NCBI GenBank assembly: GCA_965205975.1
Contig: OZ242195.1
Span: forward strand, 2,624,001 to 2,688,000
Direction: 5' to 3'
Length of the DNA stretch: 64,000 bases
Source of the DNA: Candidatus Latescibacterota bacterium
Lineage (GTDB): Bacteria > Latescibacterota > UBA2968
Shown here: in pieces, positions 1 through 10,786 of the stretch
Position numbering within the stretch: the stretch's first letter is position 1
Layout: each line of letters opens with the position of its first letter
Notes under the pieces: model-generated
Told to the model about the DNA's origin: nothing
The model's input: the letters and a program-made list of their open reading frames with translations, nothing else
The model's database searches: none
Translations under genes and position numbers: made by a program

Positions 1-399
1 GCAACACAGCGCGATTTAGCCGCACAAGATAACCTCTTCACATGCTTGATCAGCACGGGATCCTGTGCATCGGAAGACGCAAAAGCCTTATGGGAAAATC
101 GCAGCGATCACGCAGGCGAAGAAGAAACCTCCCAAATCCTGTTCTTGCGCCCCGAACTCGTGCGCGAAGATCTGATAGCCAACAATCCCCCCCAATATCC
201 CAAATTGAAAACACTACGGGAATTTGACATCCACTTTGTGCGTCCCTGGCACTTGTATTTGCCCACATCCGCTGGCGGCGATGCCCGAAAAGCCTCAGCG
301 CAAAAAGGTGAAACAGTCTTAAACTCAGCCGTGGAAGGAACCGGGCGATTCCTTGCTGAACTATCACAGGCAGAGGATTCAGAGACATTTCCTTATTGA
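1..399 (+). CDS. Creatininase family protein, C-terminal part (5' truncated by window)
   Basis: Frame 1 is open from base 1; DHAGEEETS and GDARKASAQKGE motifs are typical of the creatininase C-terminus. Confidence 0.75.
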   Translation, partial: ATQRDLAAQDNLFTCLISTGSCASEDAKALWENRSDHAGEEETSQILFLRPELVREDLIANNPPQYPKLKTLREFDIHFVRPWHLYLPTSAGGDARKASAQKGETVLNSAVEGTGRFLAELSQAEDSETFPY

Positions 400-411
400 A
401 AGGACCACAGC

Positions 412-1500
412 ATGATCACCTACGACACACTCGGCGTAAAACCATTTATCAACGCGAGTGGTACCATTACCACACTCGGCGGTAGCTTAATGTCAGATGA
501 AGTACTGGAGGCGATGTGCGCGGCGGGAGGATCATTTGTCGATTTGAACGACCTGCTCGTAAAAGCAGGCGAATATCTGGCAGACCGCATTGGCGTACCT
601 GCGGCCTTTATCTCGTGTGGTGCAGCCAGCGGTGTACAATTGTCCGCCGCGGCGTGTTTGACAGGACCTGACATATCAAAAGCGCGCCAGTTGCCGCACA
701 CACAGGGATGGCAAAACGAATTTGTAATCAGCCTGGTCGATAGCCATACGTACATCCATCAGGGCATTGAAGTCTGCGGTGGCAAACTCGTGCGAGTAGG
801 CAGCAAACAAGCGGTAACAAGTGAAGACCTCATTGGCGGAATCGGTGAAAAAACAGCGGCTGTGGTACATTTTTTGGGCAAACAGAGCAAAGAACAACTC
901 GCAGAAGTCATCGCCAGCGCCGAAAAAAAAGACGTGCCCGTCATGGTAGATGCGGCGGCACAGTTGCCTCCTCGCTCAAACTTAACCGAACTCGTCGAAA
1001 TGGGTGCGAGCCTGGTGACATTCAGCGGAGGCAAGGGATTGTGCGGGCCTCAAAACAGCGGTCTGGTCGTGGGCAAAGAGGATTATGTAGAAGCCGTGCG
1101 GATCAATGCAAGTCCCCACTCGGCAATTGGACGCGGCATGAAAGTCGGCAAAGAAGAAATCCTGGGATTAATCGCGGCTATAGATCTGTTTTTGAGCCGA
1201 AGCGATAATGAAGACTGCCAGCGATGGCACGGGCAAGCTCGCGTCGTGGTAGATGCAGTCAAAAACATCGCAAACGCCTATGTGATGACCGAAGGACAGG
1301 ATGCCGCGCCCGAATTTGCGCCCCGTGCATACATAGACCTGCCGGATGAACAGCGCGACGCCGTAATCCACGCGCTACGAGAAGGCGAACCATCAATTGT
1401 CGTGCGCCGAAGTCCCAGAGGTATTTTGATCGACCCCATGACCATGCAAATGGGTGAAGAAGCCATAGTCGCAGAAAAATTGCTGGAGGTATTGACATGA
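412..1500 (+). CDS. PLP-dependent SelA-like / DgaE-like (D-glucosaminate-6-P ammonia-lyase type) enzyme
   Basis: INASGTITTLGGS, VDAAAQLP, FSGGKGLCGPQ (PLP lysine), GRGMKVGKEEI. Confidence 0.8.
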   Translation: MITYDTLGVKPFINASGTITTLGGSLMSDEVLEAMCAAGGSFVDLNDLLVKAGEYLADRIGVPAAFISCGAASGVQLSAAACLTGPDISKARQLPHTQGWQNEFVISLVDSHTYIHQGIEVCGGKLVRVGSKQAVTSEDLIGGIGEKTAAVVHFLGKQSKEQLAEVIASAEKKDVPVMVDAAAQLPPRSNLTELVEMGASLVTFSGGKGLCGPQNSGLVVGKEDYVEAVRINASPHSAIGRGMKVGKEEILGLIAAIDLFLSRSDNEDCQRWHGQARVVVDAVKNIANAYVMTEGQDAAPEFAPRAYIDLPDEQRDAVIHALREGEPSIVVRRSPRGILIDPMTMQMGEEAIVAEKLLEVLT

Positions 1501-2324
1501 TCGACGCGCATTTACACCTCACGCACAACGGCAGATCGGTTGAAGAAACCATCACGCATATCAAAGCTATCGGCGCGGAAAAAGCCGTCATGCTACCCAT
1601 TGAAGATGGCGACGACGAGTTTGGCTGGATGACCGAAGACATAGTAAAGGCGCATCGGGATTATCCCGATACCATCATCCCCTTCTGCCATGTAGATGTC
1701 ACGCGGGAAGACGCCGTGGCCGAACTGGAAAAACGCGCCGCCAGCGGCATATTTAAGGGCTATGGCGAACAAAAACAGCACCTGCGATTGGACGATCCGC
1801 GATTGGAAAAAGTACTGGCAATCTGCAATGAATTGAACTGGCCCGTAACCTGGCATTTTCAAGAAGGCGAGCGGGGATATAACCAGGGAATTGAACACCT
1901 CGAAGTGCTCCTGAAAAAATTCCCCAATATTAAATTCATCGGCCACGCCCAATCGTGGTGGGCGCATATCAGCGCCGACGTACCCGCCCCCGAAGAGACC
2001 CTGTATCCCACGGGCGAGGTCAAACCCGGGGGCTTAATAGATCGGCTATTGGCAGACTACCCCAATATGTTTGCCGATTTATCCGCGGGTTCGGGTCTGG
2101 GCGGCCTGACGCGGGACGAGGATTTTACCGCGGAATTCCTGGCGCGGCATGGCAAAAAATTGATGTTTGCCACAGATTGTCCGTGCAGGGATGGCAAAGG
2201 TGCGGGCCTCTCCCGCGGCGCGTGTTTCGCGCAATTGAGTCTCCCATTCCTCAACCGCATGCTCTCCCCCAACGCACTGGAAGATATCTTGCACAACAAT
2301 GCGGTGAGGATTTTAAACCTGTGA
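1497..2324 (+). CDS. Amidohydrolase_2 family metallohydrolase
   Basis: IDAHLH metal motif, FIGHA, MFATDCP; ATGA overlap with upstream gene. Confidence 0.8.
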   Translation: MIDAHLHLTHNGRSVEETITHIKAIGAEKAVMLPIEDGDDEFGWMTEDIVKAHRDYPDTIIPFCHVDVTREDAVAELEKRAASGIFKGYGEQKQHLRLDDPRLEKVLAICNELNWPVTWHFQEGERGYNQGIEHLEVLLKKFPNIKFIGHAQSWWAHISADVPAPEETLYPTGEVKPGGLIDRLLADYPNMFADLSAGSGLGGLTRDEDFTAEFLARHGKKLMFATDCPCRDGKGAGLSRGACFAQLSLPFLNRMLSPNALEDILHNNAVRILNL

Positions 2325-2358
2325 GAACCAGACTATCATAATTGAACGGGAGGAGACC

Positions 2359-3177
2359 GTGCGAATCGATTCTCACGTACACGTATGGACAATGGGGACA
2401 CCGCCGTTTACCCATAACGATGGCATGACCACGCAACGGCCCGATTATCCGGGACTGGTGGAAAATCTCATCAAGTATATGGATCTCAATAAAATCGATC
2501 GCACCGTGCTGATCCAGTGCATGTATCACGGGTATGACAATCGCTATATGTGCGATTGTTTGAGGCGATTTCCAGATCGCCTGCACGGGGTGGCACTAAT
2601 CGATCCCCTGAAACCCGACGCGCCCGAAACACTGGCACGTCTGCACCGGGATCACGGGGTGCAGGGAATGCGATTGTATCCGATTAAAGATCGAGATGCG
2701 TCGTGGTTGTCAGATCCTGGGCAGCATGCGCTTTGGGAGACGGCACAAAGGCTGGGCGTGCCGTTTACATGGTTTGGACGCTGCCATCAGATTCCACTGC
2801 TGGAACCGATGTTGCAGCAATTTCCCGAGGTAAATGTGATAGTAGATCATCTGGGCGAGCCGATCCTGTCCGAGGGGATAGACGGCAGTTTCGGGATTTT
2901 GCTGGCAGCGGCAAAATACCCCAATCTCTTTGTTAAAGCGACCCGGATTGATGGGATTTCCGAACAACCCTGGCCACACGAGGATGTGTATCCCTATGTC
3001 AGAGCCGTGTACGAGGCTTTTGGGCCAGAACGGATGCTGGGGTGTACGGGATTTCCGGAGAATCCGCAGCGCGGAGAGGCCGTTGGTTTTCGCGTGGTTG
3101 AAGCGATGGATTTTCTGTCGGATGAAGACAAAGCATGGATTTTGGGCAAGACAGCCGATGCACTCTATGGCACATAA
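2359..3177 (+). CDS. Amidohydrolase_2 family protein (lactonase-like)
   Basis: IDSHVHVW, VIVDHLG, AFGPERML; GGAG RBS before GTG start. Confidence 0.8.
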   Translation: MRIDSHVHVWTMGTPPFTHNDGMTTQRPDYPGLVENLIKYMDLNKIDRTVLIQCMYHGYDNRYMCDCLRRFPDRLHGVALIDPLKPDAPETLARLHRDHGVQGMRLYPIKDRDASWLSDPGQHALWETAQRLGVPFTWFGRCHQIPLLEPMLQQFPEVNVIVDHLGEPILSEGIDGSFGILLAAAKYPNLFVKATRIDGISEQPWPHEDVYPYVRAVYEAFGPERMLGCTGFPENPQRGEAVGFRVVEAMDFLSDEDKAWILGKTADALYGT

Positions 3178-3190
3178 GGGAAAGGCCGAA

Positions 3191-5983
3191 ATGTACAACT
3201 CCCAGGATATCGAAAACGCCCGGCAAAATCTATCTCGCTACAGCTGGGCACAGGAAATCGTGAATGGTTGGGCGCAAAGCGTTGTATTTGCCATGCAGCA
3301 AAATCGAGCGTTTTTCGAAACAATGATCCCCGAATTAACCCCCGGCACGCATTACGGCCAGAACTGCCCGAACTGTGTGGGCAAACAATCGCTAATGGGC
3401 GGCGGACTCTTTGACTGGCACATTGACAGCCCGGATGAGATTACCTGTCGCGCCTGTGGCGCAGTTTATCCCAACGCCCAGTATCCAGAGACCGGCTTAC
3501 TGGTATGCCCGCGAATGGATCAACAGTTCACCTATTATGAAACACCTGAAGAAGTGGCCGACCCCGAAAACCGCGCAAAACACGCGCTCAAATGGCTGGG
3601 GGACCGCCCTACAATGACGAGTTTTAGCGGACATATTCGAGATCGCAAAGCAGGCTGGGCGCGAAGCCAGGCATTGACACTCGCCAAGCTGTACGCAGTA
3701 ACAGATGAAATTGGATACGCGGAACGCGCAGTGTGGATCCTCGACCGAGTCGCCCGGGTATTCCCGAATTACCTCTACCATTCCTATGACGGAAGTATTG
3801 CAGACTGGCCACCTGCAGAGGTGGCGGCCAACATGGGCAAAGAAGAGGCCGAAGGTGGCCCTCGTGGGGGACGCTTTCCAAAAGATGCGATCTGCCATGC
3901 TTACGGTTTGCACCAATTTGAGGATTATTCGACACTAAATAACGGATTCTGGGGCGCGGGCCGCATGAATGTCCACGGAAAGGGAAGCGATGCCGGGGCG
4001 CTATTTGTATTAACTGTTGCCTACGATCTAATCCGCAATGCAGAGTACGCGCCTGGTCGCCGATTGCTGGACGGAGATACGGAGCGACGGATAACAGAGG
4101 ACTTAATTCTGGCCGGATGTGCGGACATGATGCACTGGAACTCTCTAAGCAACAAGGGCACAGCGGTTTTTGTGCTAAGCGCTGCGGTAGGAACACTTCT
4201 GGATCACCCGCAGAAAGTGCGGCACGCGCTGGATGGCTTCAATCGGATGCTGGCAGAGCGATATCATCACGATGGTTTTTACTCTGAATCGCCCGCCTAT
4301 TCGGCTCACAACCTTTCCAACGTATATGAACTGGCCGACTTGCTACACGGATATAGCGATCCCCCCGGTTACCAGCCAGAAGCAGGTAAGCGGATCGAGC
4401 AGTTAGACATGTTTTCAAGCGGGCGTTACCCTCTCTCCCTGCTATCTCTGACAAAAATGCTCGCACCCGGCAACCGCATGCCAATAATTGGCGATACGCG
4501 GTACGATACCGAAGCAAATCTCCTCTCCGCTGAAATCCTCGCCGCTCGCCTCGGTGGTGCGTACGCTGGCTTGCTGGAACTCATTCAGGGAGCGCCTTTA
4601 TCCAAAAAAGGCGGAGAATACGCGCTCTGGTACCGTCCTTATGATCTACGGGCAGAGACAGCGACACTACCCCTGCATACCGAGTGGTTCCCCGGCTGGC
4701 ATGTGGGCGTCTTGCGCGGCGGTCGAGATGACACCGCGCTTTATTTAAACGGCAATGAGCACCGGTGGACCTTGCAAACCAGTCACCGGCAGCAAGATAT
4801 CTTGAGCCTGAGCTATTACGCTTATGGGGAAGAACTCGCCTCGGACCGCGGTTATTTTTCCGGCAGTAGCCAGCAACTCCCAGACGGCCGCAGCGGACAA
4901 GTTTGGGTAAAAAGCAGTCTATCGCACAACCTCATAGTAGTCGATGAGGAAGAGCAAAACAACACGGCTTGCGGTTCCAACCTGGAATTATTTGGCACAG
5001 CACCAGGCATTGAAGTTGTACAGGCCTCGGGCGTGAATGTGTACCCCCAGTGCCGAGAATATCGGCGCACCTGCGCGATGGTGACAACGCCGCAGGGACA
5101 AACCTATAGTGTGGATTTTTTTCGGACCAAAGGCGGGCGGATCCATCAATACAATTTCCACTGCAATGGCTCACCAATGGGTATGAACCCGACAACGCCA
5201 TCGCCGCAGACAGTAGCTCTGGGAGACACCTGGGATATGTGGCTCGAAAATCCTCAGGCGATTGCGCCCCAGGGACCGACCACATTTACATGGCAATTTC
5301 GGAGTGTAAATCTGGATCTGATGTTGTTAAATGCACCAGACCGCATTATTCTCGCAGATGCGCCTGGCTGGCGGGTTGGAACACCTGAGGAATTGGAAAA
5401 ACCATCAATCAGACAAATTTTCGCGGAGAACCGCGCTGGGGATGGCAATGAGACACTTGCAAGCCAGTACGCCGCCGTAATTGCGCCCTACGAAACTGGA
5501 GCATCTCCACTACTTAGCGCGCGATTGCTCGCAGATGACCCAGACGCCGGTGTTCTCGCAATTGAAGTAAAACTACCGGACCGCACCGATTATATTATCT
5601 CGACAAAGGACCAAAAAGAGCGACAATTCGGCCCCGTAACCGCTGCCGCTCAATTCGCATTTGTATCGGTAAATGATCAAGGCGTACAGGGCTATTTGCT
5701 GAACGGCACAGTATTGTCGTGTGGCAATCTAAAAATTTCACTAACAGAGCCAAGTACCACACTGAAGGTACAGTCGGTAGAGAAAAATGTATTTCATCTC
5801 GCAGAACCATTACAAAACCCACAGGCAGTCGTCGGCTCTTATTTACTCGCCGGAGAATCACCTCAGACCGGTTTTGAAATTGCATCGGCCACAGAAAACG
5901 CGATTACCGTGCGGGACTATCCCGCGATTATTTGCGACAAAATCAGAATCTTAAATTCCGCCTGGGCGCATGTCGCGTCTTAA
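3191..5983 (+). CDS. Heparinase II/III family protein with N-terminal Cys-rich insert
   Basis: SESPAYSAH, HRQQDILS, SHNLIVVD motifs; CPNC and CRAC motifs near the N-terminus; ATG 3191 follows the upstream stop (ORF-track start 2930 overlaps the previous gene). Confidence 0.7.
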   Translation: MYNSQDIENARQNLSRYSWAQEIVNGWAQSVVFAMQQNRAFFETMIPELTPGTHYGQNCPNCVGKQSLMGGGLFDWHIDSPDEITCRACGAVYPNAQYPETGLLVCPRMDQQFTYYETPEEVADPENRAKHALKWLGDRPTMTSFSGHIRDRKAGWARSQALTLAKLYAVTDEIGYAERAVWILDRVARVFPNYLYHSYDGSIADWPPAEVAANMGKEEAEGGPRGGRFPKDAICHAYGLHQFEDYSTLNNGFWGAGRMNVHGKGSDAGALFVLTVAYDLIRNAEYAPGRRLLDGDTERRITEDLILAGCADMMHWNSLSNKGTAVFVLSAAVGTLLDHPQKVRHALDGFNRMLAERYHHDGFYSESPAYSAHNLSNVYELADLLHGYSDPPGYQPEAGKRIEQLDMFSSGRYPLSLLSLTKMLAPGNRMPIIGDTRYDTEANLLSAEILAARLGGAYAGLLELIQGAPLSKKGGEYALWYRPYDLRAETATLPLHTEWFPGWHVGVLRGGRDDTALYLNGNEHRWTLQTSHRQQDILSLSYYAYGEELASDRGYFSGSSQQLPDGRSGQVWVKSSLSHNLIVVDEEEQNNTACGSNLELFGTAPGIEVVQASGVNVYPQCREYRRTCAMVTTPQGQTYSVDFFRTKGGRIHQYNFHCNGSPMGMNPTTPSPQTVALGDTWDMWLENPQAIAPQGPTTFTWQFRSVNLDLMLLNAPDRIILADAPGWRVGTPEELEKPSIRQIFAENRAGDGNETLASQYAAVIAPYETGASPLLSARLLADDPDAGVLAIEVKLPDRTDYIISTKDQKERQFGPVTAAAQFAFVSVNDQGVQGYLLNGTVLSCGNLKISLTEPSTTLKVQSVEKNVFHLAEPLQNPQAVVGSYLLAGESPQTGFEIASATENAITVRDYPAIICDKIRILNSAWAHVAS

Positions 5984-6000
5984 AATAGGGAGGGAATCAC

Positions 6001-7041
6001 ATGCAAATCTTCGATCAATATTCAGATCTCCTGCAGCAGATTGAACAGAAAGGCTATCCATCCCAGGTACTCGGACATACGCCGGATGGGGCACCGCTGG
6101 TATGTATCAGAACCGGAGGAGAAAAAACACCGGCTATTTTTATCAGCGCGGGCAGTCATTCGACAGAACAGGCCGGAGTCGGAGCGGCAATGGGACTTCT
6201 GGACGTACTCGACACAGAACACCAGGTCTATGTGATACCCACCCGCGATCCAATGGGAATGAACGGATACGCGTACGCGCTGAGCTTGAGCCTCGGCGAA
6301 GAGCCGGAATTAAACTCCGTAGAAGATGTCGAGAAAATTCTGCGAGCACACGGCGAGGTACTCTACGAAGAGGATGAAACAGTAGTCGCAATCATAGGCG
6401 AATACGGGTACTCGACTAAGGGAATTTTCGGGAAATTCGAGGTGGGAGTTAATTTTATAGAACCGCTCTTTGGACGGCGCATTTTTTTTCCATCAAGCGC
6501 CGAAGGCATTGAAGGCACTGCCCTCTGCCAGCGAGCATATACCCTGATTGTAAGTCCAGAAGGCGAGATATTGCACATCAATCGCTTTCACGATACAGCG
6601 TGGTCGCCCGTGGAACCGCGTTGCACGCGCAATTTAATGGCCGAAATTCAGCCCGGACTGACACTGGACCTCCACGAATACGGAGGAGACGGCTTCTGGT
6701 TCTCCGCCCGTCACCAGCGCAATGCAGATGATGAAATGTGGGAAAAGCGGATGGCAGATGCAATAATTCGAGCAGTTGCCGATTCCGGAGCCAAACTTGC
6801 GCCAGAAGGTTATTCGCCCGGATCGTTTTTTGAAACAGGAGAACGCGGCGTATTCTGGTTGATCGCCCAAGAACGAGGAGAGGGCCTAAATCTGGCCGAT
6901 TACGGGGCGCATCAATACGGTCCATCATTTACAATTGAGACGGGAATGACCATGCAGGGCGGGTATCAGGAGCGCGTGCAAACATCTATGCTGGCAGCAC
7001 AAACCGCGATCTCGGTTTTTGAAGAACGATGGGTTAAATAA
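6001..7041 (+). CDS. M14-like zinc carboxypeptidase / succinylglutamate desuccinylase-type hydrolase
   Basis: GSHSTEQAG (HxxE), INRF, LDLHE, FTIET. Confidence 0.65.
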   Translation: MQIFDQYSDLLQQIEQKGYPSQVLGHTPDGAPLVCIRTGGEKTPAIFISAGSHSTEQAGVGAAMGLLDVLDTEHQVYVIPTRDPMGMNGYAYALSLSLGEEPELNSVEDVEKILRAHGEVLYEEDETVVAIIGEYGYSTKGIFGKFEVGVNFIEPLFGRRIFFPSSAEGIEGTALCQRAYTLIVSPEGEILHINRFHDTAWSPVEPRCTRNLMAEIQPGLTLDLHEYGGDGFWFSARHQRNADDEMWEKRMADAIIRAVADSGAKLAPEGYSPGSFFETGERGVFWLIAQERGEGLNLADYGAHQYGPSFTIETGMTMQGGYQERVQTSMLAAQTAISVFEERWVK

Positions 7042-7066
7042 GGCGTTTACATGCTCATGCAGGAGA

Positions 7067-7312
7067 TCACGATTCTGAGATTAATGAACGGAGTGCTTTA
7101 TTTACAGAATTGGAATCGGGGAAATGTTGTTTTACATCTGGGTCTAACATAATAGAACCGTCTTCCTCTGTGAAACAGCGGGTTTCTATTGAGCCATCCT
7201 CTTTTCTTATTTTAACCGTATGCCCTTCACGGTAAGCCTTAAAATGTTTTCCCTGAACCCCGTCAGCGAAATCGTATTCTGATCGCATGTTCTTATCTTT
7301 ATTGCCCTTCAT
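7067..7312 (-). CDS. BrnA-like antitoxin
   Basis: MRSEYDF, LDPDVKQHFPDSNSVNKALR; overlaps the BrnT stop. Confidence 0.7.
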   Translation of the reverse strand: MKGNKDKNMRSEYDFADGVQGKHFKAYREGHTVKIRKEDGSIETRCFTEEDGSIMLDPDVKQHFPDSNSVNKALRSLISES

Positions 7313-7583
7313 AATTGCGTCGCTCCCTTCGGGTAGCTTCTCTACTGCTGATGAGACGAATTCGTGAGCCTCTCTCTGTATAGAATACAACCAGGAATCT
7401 TCCTTTTGATGAAAGTCCCAAATCAATATACCGGTCTTCATTTATCGAATGATCTGGATCATAAACCGTAATAGCAAAAGGATCGTTAAAGATTGTCTTT
7501 GCTTCTTCGAAACTGACACCGTGTTTTTTCTGGTTCTCCCTGGATTTATTCTCATCCCATTCAAATACCAGTGACAAAGGCAC
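7299..7583 (-). CDS. brnT: BrnT (DUF497) family toxin
   Basis: FEWDENKSRENQKKHGVSFEEA, IRLISSREAT. Confidence 0.88.
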   Translation of the reverse strand: MPLSLVFEWDENKSRENQKKHGVSFEEAKTIFNDPFAITVYDPDHSINEDRYIDLGLSSKGRFLVVFYTERGSRIRLISSREATRRERRNYEGQ

Positions 7584-7676
7584 ATCTCCATTTTGCTTGA
7601 TTTGTTACATCTGTAGCATTTCAATAATAGCCAAATTTCACGCGTACTACAAGAGAAGAAATCTAAAGGACGAATA

Positions 7677-7991
7677 ATGGACAATATCTTCACAGGTATT
7701 CCGAAAACTCTGGAAAATGAATTTTTTGAAGTCTTGCTAACGGATAAAAGCCTGAAAATAGAGCGCATTGTCTCACGCGGACATCGCTCGCCTGCTTCGG
7801 GCTGGTACGACCAGGATCAAAACGAATGGGTGATGGTCGTACGCGGTAAAGCCATCATCTCGTATAAAGACGGCTCGTCAGTCCACCTCAAAACAGGAGA
7901 TCATATTCACATACCCGCCCACACCGAGCATCGAGTGGCGTGGACGGATCCCGACAATGATACGATTTGGTTGGCCGTGCATTACCCTTGA
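7677..7991 (+). CDS. Cupin domain protein
   Basis: IERIVSRGH, WYDQDQNEWV, IPAHTEHRVAWT. Confidence 0.8.
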   Translation: MDNIFTGIPKTLENEFFEVLLTDKSLKIERIVSRGHRSPASGWYDQDQNEWVMVVRGKAIISYKDGSSVHLKTGDHIHIPAHTEHRVAWTDPDNDTIWLAVHYP

Positions 7992-8004
7992 GGGGAACCA
8001 CGTT

Positions 8005-9321
8005 ATGAATTTAATCCAAAAAGTTGCATTGTGTGTTTTTGTCACGCTTATTGCGTGTGGTGATAAACCCACAGAACCAGAAAATGGAGATAATCCCACA
8101 GATAGCGGTCTGGATGCACACCGCTTTGATATTACGGAAAACCAGACCAGCGATTTCGGTATGAGCACGCCTGGTGGACGCGGGGGCAGGGTCATTCGGG
8201 TGACAAATCTATTGCCGAGTGGACAGGGATCGCTGGATGCGGCACTATCTGCATCGGGACCACGTATTGTAGTATTTGAAGTGGGAGGGGTAATTGACCT
8301 GAACAAAACGCGGTTGAACATCCGCGAGCCGTTTGTAACTGTGGCGGGACAAACCGCACCGAGCCCGGGCATTACCATCATTCGCGGTGCCATTTTCATT
8401 CAAACACACGATGTAATTATGCAACATATTCGCGTGCGACCAGGCGATGCGGGAGAACCCAGGAGAAGTGGATGGGAGCCGGATGGCATCTCCACAGCGG
8501 GTGCTGATGCGTACAATATATTGATCGACCACTGTTCGATTTCATGGGCAGTAGATGAAAATTTGAGCGCGTCTGGTCCAAACACCGAAGGCCCGGATGC
8601 GACTTCTCGGCGCATCGCATTTGTCAATTGCATCATCGCCGAATGCCTGAATGATGCATCCCACAGCAAAGGCCCGCACTCCATGGGATCGCTGATTCAC
8701 GACTTCTGCCGAGAGATCGCCATCATCGGCAACTTGTATGCCCACAATGCAAATCGCAACCCGTATTTCAAAGCATTTACAACCGGAGTGATCGTGAACA
8801 ATTTAATCTACAACCCGGGATCCCGAGCGATTCAACTGAGTTTTTCAGATGCCGAATTTAGCGACACCAATCTCGTACCTCAAAATGCACGCGTGAGTGT
8901 GGTCGGCAATGTGATGATTCACGGAGGAAATACCCGGTCGGGACTGGCACTGGTATCCTCAAAGGGCGATGCCTACCTCGAGGATAATATCGCGCTGAAT
9001 CGAACCGGTGCTAATGTGCCTTTGACCTCGGGCAATATCCGCATTTTGGAAGAGAAGCCCATCTGGGGCAACATCACACCGTTGCCCGCATCTGCGGTTG
9101 TAGAACATGTGGTGCAAAGCGCTGGTGCGCGTCCAAAAGACCGCGATGAAATAGATCAGCGGATTATACACGAATTTCGCGCGCGCGAAGGCCGGATGAT
9201 AGATAGCCAGCAGGAGGTGGGTGGATATCCTCAAATAAAAATGGTCAGACGACCGCTGAATATTCCCGCGGATGTAGATGCGTGGTTGGCGCAACTCGCA
9301 GCAGAACTCGAAGGAAAATAA
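8005..9321 (+). CDS. Pectate lyase (PL1-like) lipoprotein
   Basis: Lipobox LIAC; GGRGGRVIRVTNL, VAGQTAPSPGI, IDHCSISWAVDE, HNANRNP. Confidence 0.85.
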   Translation: MNLIQKVALCVFVTLIACGDKPTEPENGDNPTDSGLDAHRFDITENQTSDFGMSTPGGRGGRVIRVTNLLPSGQGSLDAALSASGPRIVVFEVGGVIDLNKTRLNIREPFVTVAGQTAPSPGITIIRGAIFIQTHDVIMQHIRVRPGDAGEPRRSGWEPDGISTAGADAYNILIDHCSISWAVDENLSASGPNTEGPDATSRRIAFVNCIIAECLNDASHSKGPHSMGSLIHDFCREIAIIGNLYAHNANRNPYFKAFTTGVIVNNLIYNPGSRAIQLSFSDAEFSDTNLVPQNARVSVVGNVMIHGGNTRSGLALVSSKGDAYLEDNIALNRTGANVPLTSGNIRILEEKPIWGNITPLPASAVVEHVVQSAGARPKDRDEIDQRIIHEFRAREGRMIDSQQEVGGYPQIKMVRRPLNIPADVDAWLAQLAAELEGK

Positions 9322-9345
9322 CCGTAAAAAGAAAAAGGATAACAC

Positions 9346-10218
9346 ATGCAAAAACGAACCCTTGGACGTACCGGGCATCAGAGCACTGTAGCGACCTTTG
9401 GCGCATTCTCGGTTGGATATGTAGATCAGGACGAAGCAGACCGCGCCATACAACTCGTCCTTGACCACGGCGTAAACCACATCGACATTGCGCCGAGCTA
9501 TGGACATGCGATGGAACGCATGGCCCCGTGGATGCCCGACATACGGGACAGCGTATTTCTCGGCGCAAAAACAACTGGTCGCACGCGCGACGAAGCGTGG
9601 CGGGATGTGGAACAAATGATGAAACGACTAAACGTCGAAAACTTCGACCTGTTCCAACTCCACTCGGTCGGCAATATCCTCGAACTGGACAAAGCCACCG
9701 CATCGGGCGGCGCACTTGAAACCCTGATAGAAATGCGCGAACAGGGTTTGACCAGATGGCTGGGCATCACCGGGCACGGACCCCAGGTGCCGAGTACCAT
9801 CCTGGAAAGCCTGAGCCGCTTCGATTTCGACACCGTCATGTTCCCACTGAACCCGGCAAGCATGCGAGACGCGGATTATCGCCGGGACGCCGAAGCACTA
9901 CTCGCCGAAGCAAATGCGCGCGACATTGGCATCCAAACAATCAAAATGATCGCACGCGGCGGCTGGGGTGAAAATTCAAAAGACTGCCACACCTGGTACG
10001 ACCCGCACCGGGAACAAGAAGCCATAGACCAGTCCCTGTGGTGGGTCCTGTCCCAACCGATACACACTGCCCCCACCTGTGGTGAAATCAGCTTGCTACC
10101 CAAAGTCCTCGACGCCGCCGAGCGATTCGTCCCCCTCACCCCCGACGAACAGGCCGCCGCCATCGCCGCACAGCGACCACCCCAGCCACTTCCAGCGCTG
10201 GCGATTCCCGAAGTGTGA
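9346..10218 (+). CDS. Aldo/keto reductase
   Basis: KRTLGRTG, GVNHIDIAPSYG, DLFQLH, GITGH. Confidence 0.9.
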   Translation: MQKRTLGRTGHQSTVATFGAFSVGYVDQDEADRAIQLVLDHGVNHIDIAPSYGHAMERMAPWMPDIRDSVFLGAKTTGRTRDEAWRDVEQMMKRLNVENFDLFQLHSVGNILELDKATASGGALETLIEMREQGLTRWLGITGHGPQVPSTILESLSRFDFDTVMFPLNPASMRDADYRRDAEALLAEANARDIGIQTIKMIARGGWGENSKDCHTWYDPHREQEAIDQSLWWVLSQPIHTAPTCGEISLLPKVLDAAERFVPLTPDEQAAAIAAQRPPQPLPALAIPEV

Positions 10219-10359
10219 ACCACCCCCATAACCTCTTGCCAGACACGCAAAACTTTGGCATCATGCAAAAAAGAAAGCGTTGGACTCTGGGCTTTTTTCC
10301 TTCTATGAACCAAGCCAGATCTGACAAACAACCATCCTCAAATCGGAAGGGAGCTTATC

Positions 10360-10785
10360 ATGCTCAAGCAAATAGTCGGCGCAATTCTCCTTATTGTGGG
10401 GGTGGCGGTTGCCATCCACACCGTAGTAGAACCGCTCTATCATGTCTCCACCGACGAGCAGCTATACAGCTCGTTTTGGGGCATCCTGAATCCGTTGATG
10501 GTGCTATCAATTATACTGGGCTTAATATTCGGATACATCCGCAAAAAAGGCGTCGCTGGTGACGACGCCATCACCCGCGAATACCTCGCCGCCAACATCC
10601 AGTTCTACGGCCTATTATTCGTCGGTATCATGTTCTTCTGGAACTATTTTAACTACTATTATGGCCCTAAATTTACCGCAATAGGAGCCGACACCCAATC
10701 ACTCGTGTGGATACTCATCGACGCCAGCCTCCCGCTACTTTTAGGCGCAATGGGCATATCTTTGCTACGCAGCAACGACGAGTAA
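10360..10785 (+). CDS. Hypothetical membrane protein (about 4 TM segments)
   Basis: Four hydrophobic segments; GGAG RBS. Confidence 0.7.
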   Translation: MLKQIVGAILLIVGVAVAIHTVVEPLYHVSTDEQLYSSFWGILNPLMVLSIILGLIFGYIRKKGVAGDDAITREYLAANIQFYGLLFVGIMFFWNYFNYYYGPKFTAIGADTQSLVWILIDASLPLLLGAMGISLLRSNDE

Positions 10786-10786
10786 A

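Noticed and set aside
412..1500. selA (selenocysteine synthase)
   Set aside because: Shorter than SelA, no selB/selD/selC nearby, and the catabolic context fits a DgaE-like paralogue.
2930..3190. N-terminal extension of the heparinase-like ORF (and similar extensions at 7957, 22876, 51251, 59908)
   Set aside because: They overlap upstream genes or intergenic DNA; downstream ATG starts fit better.
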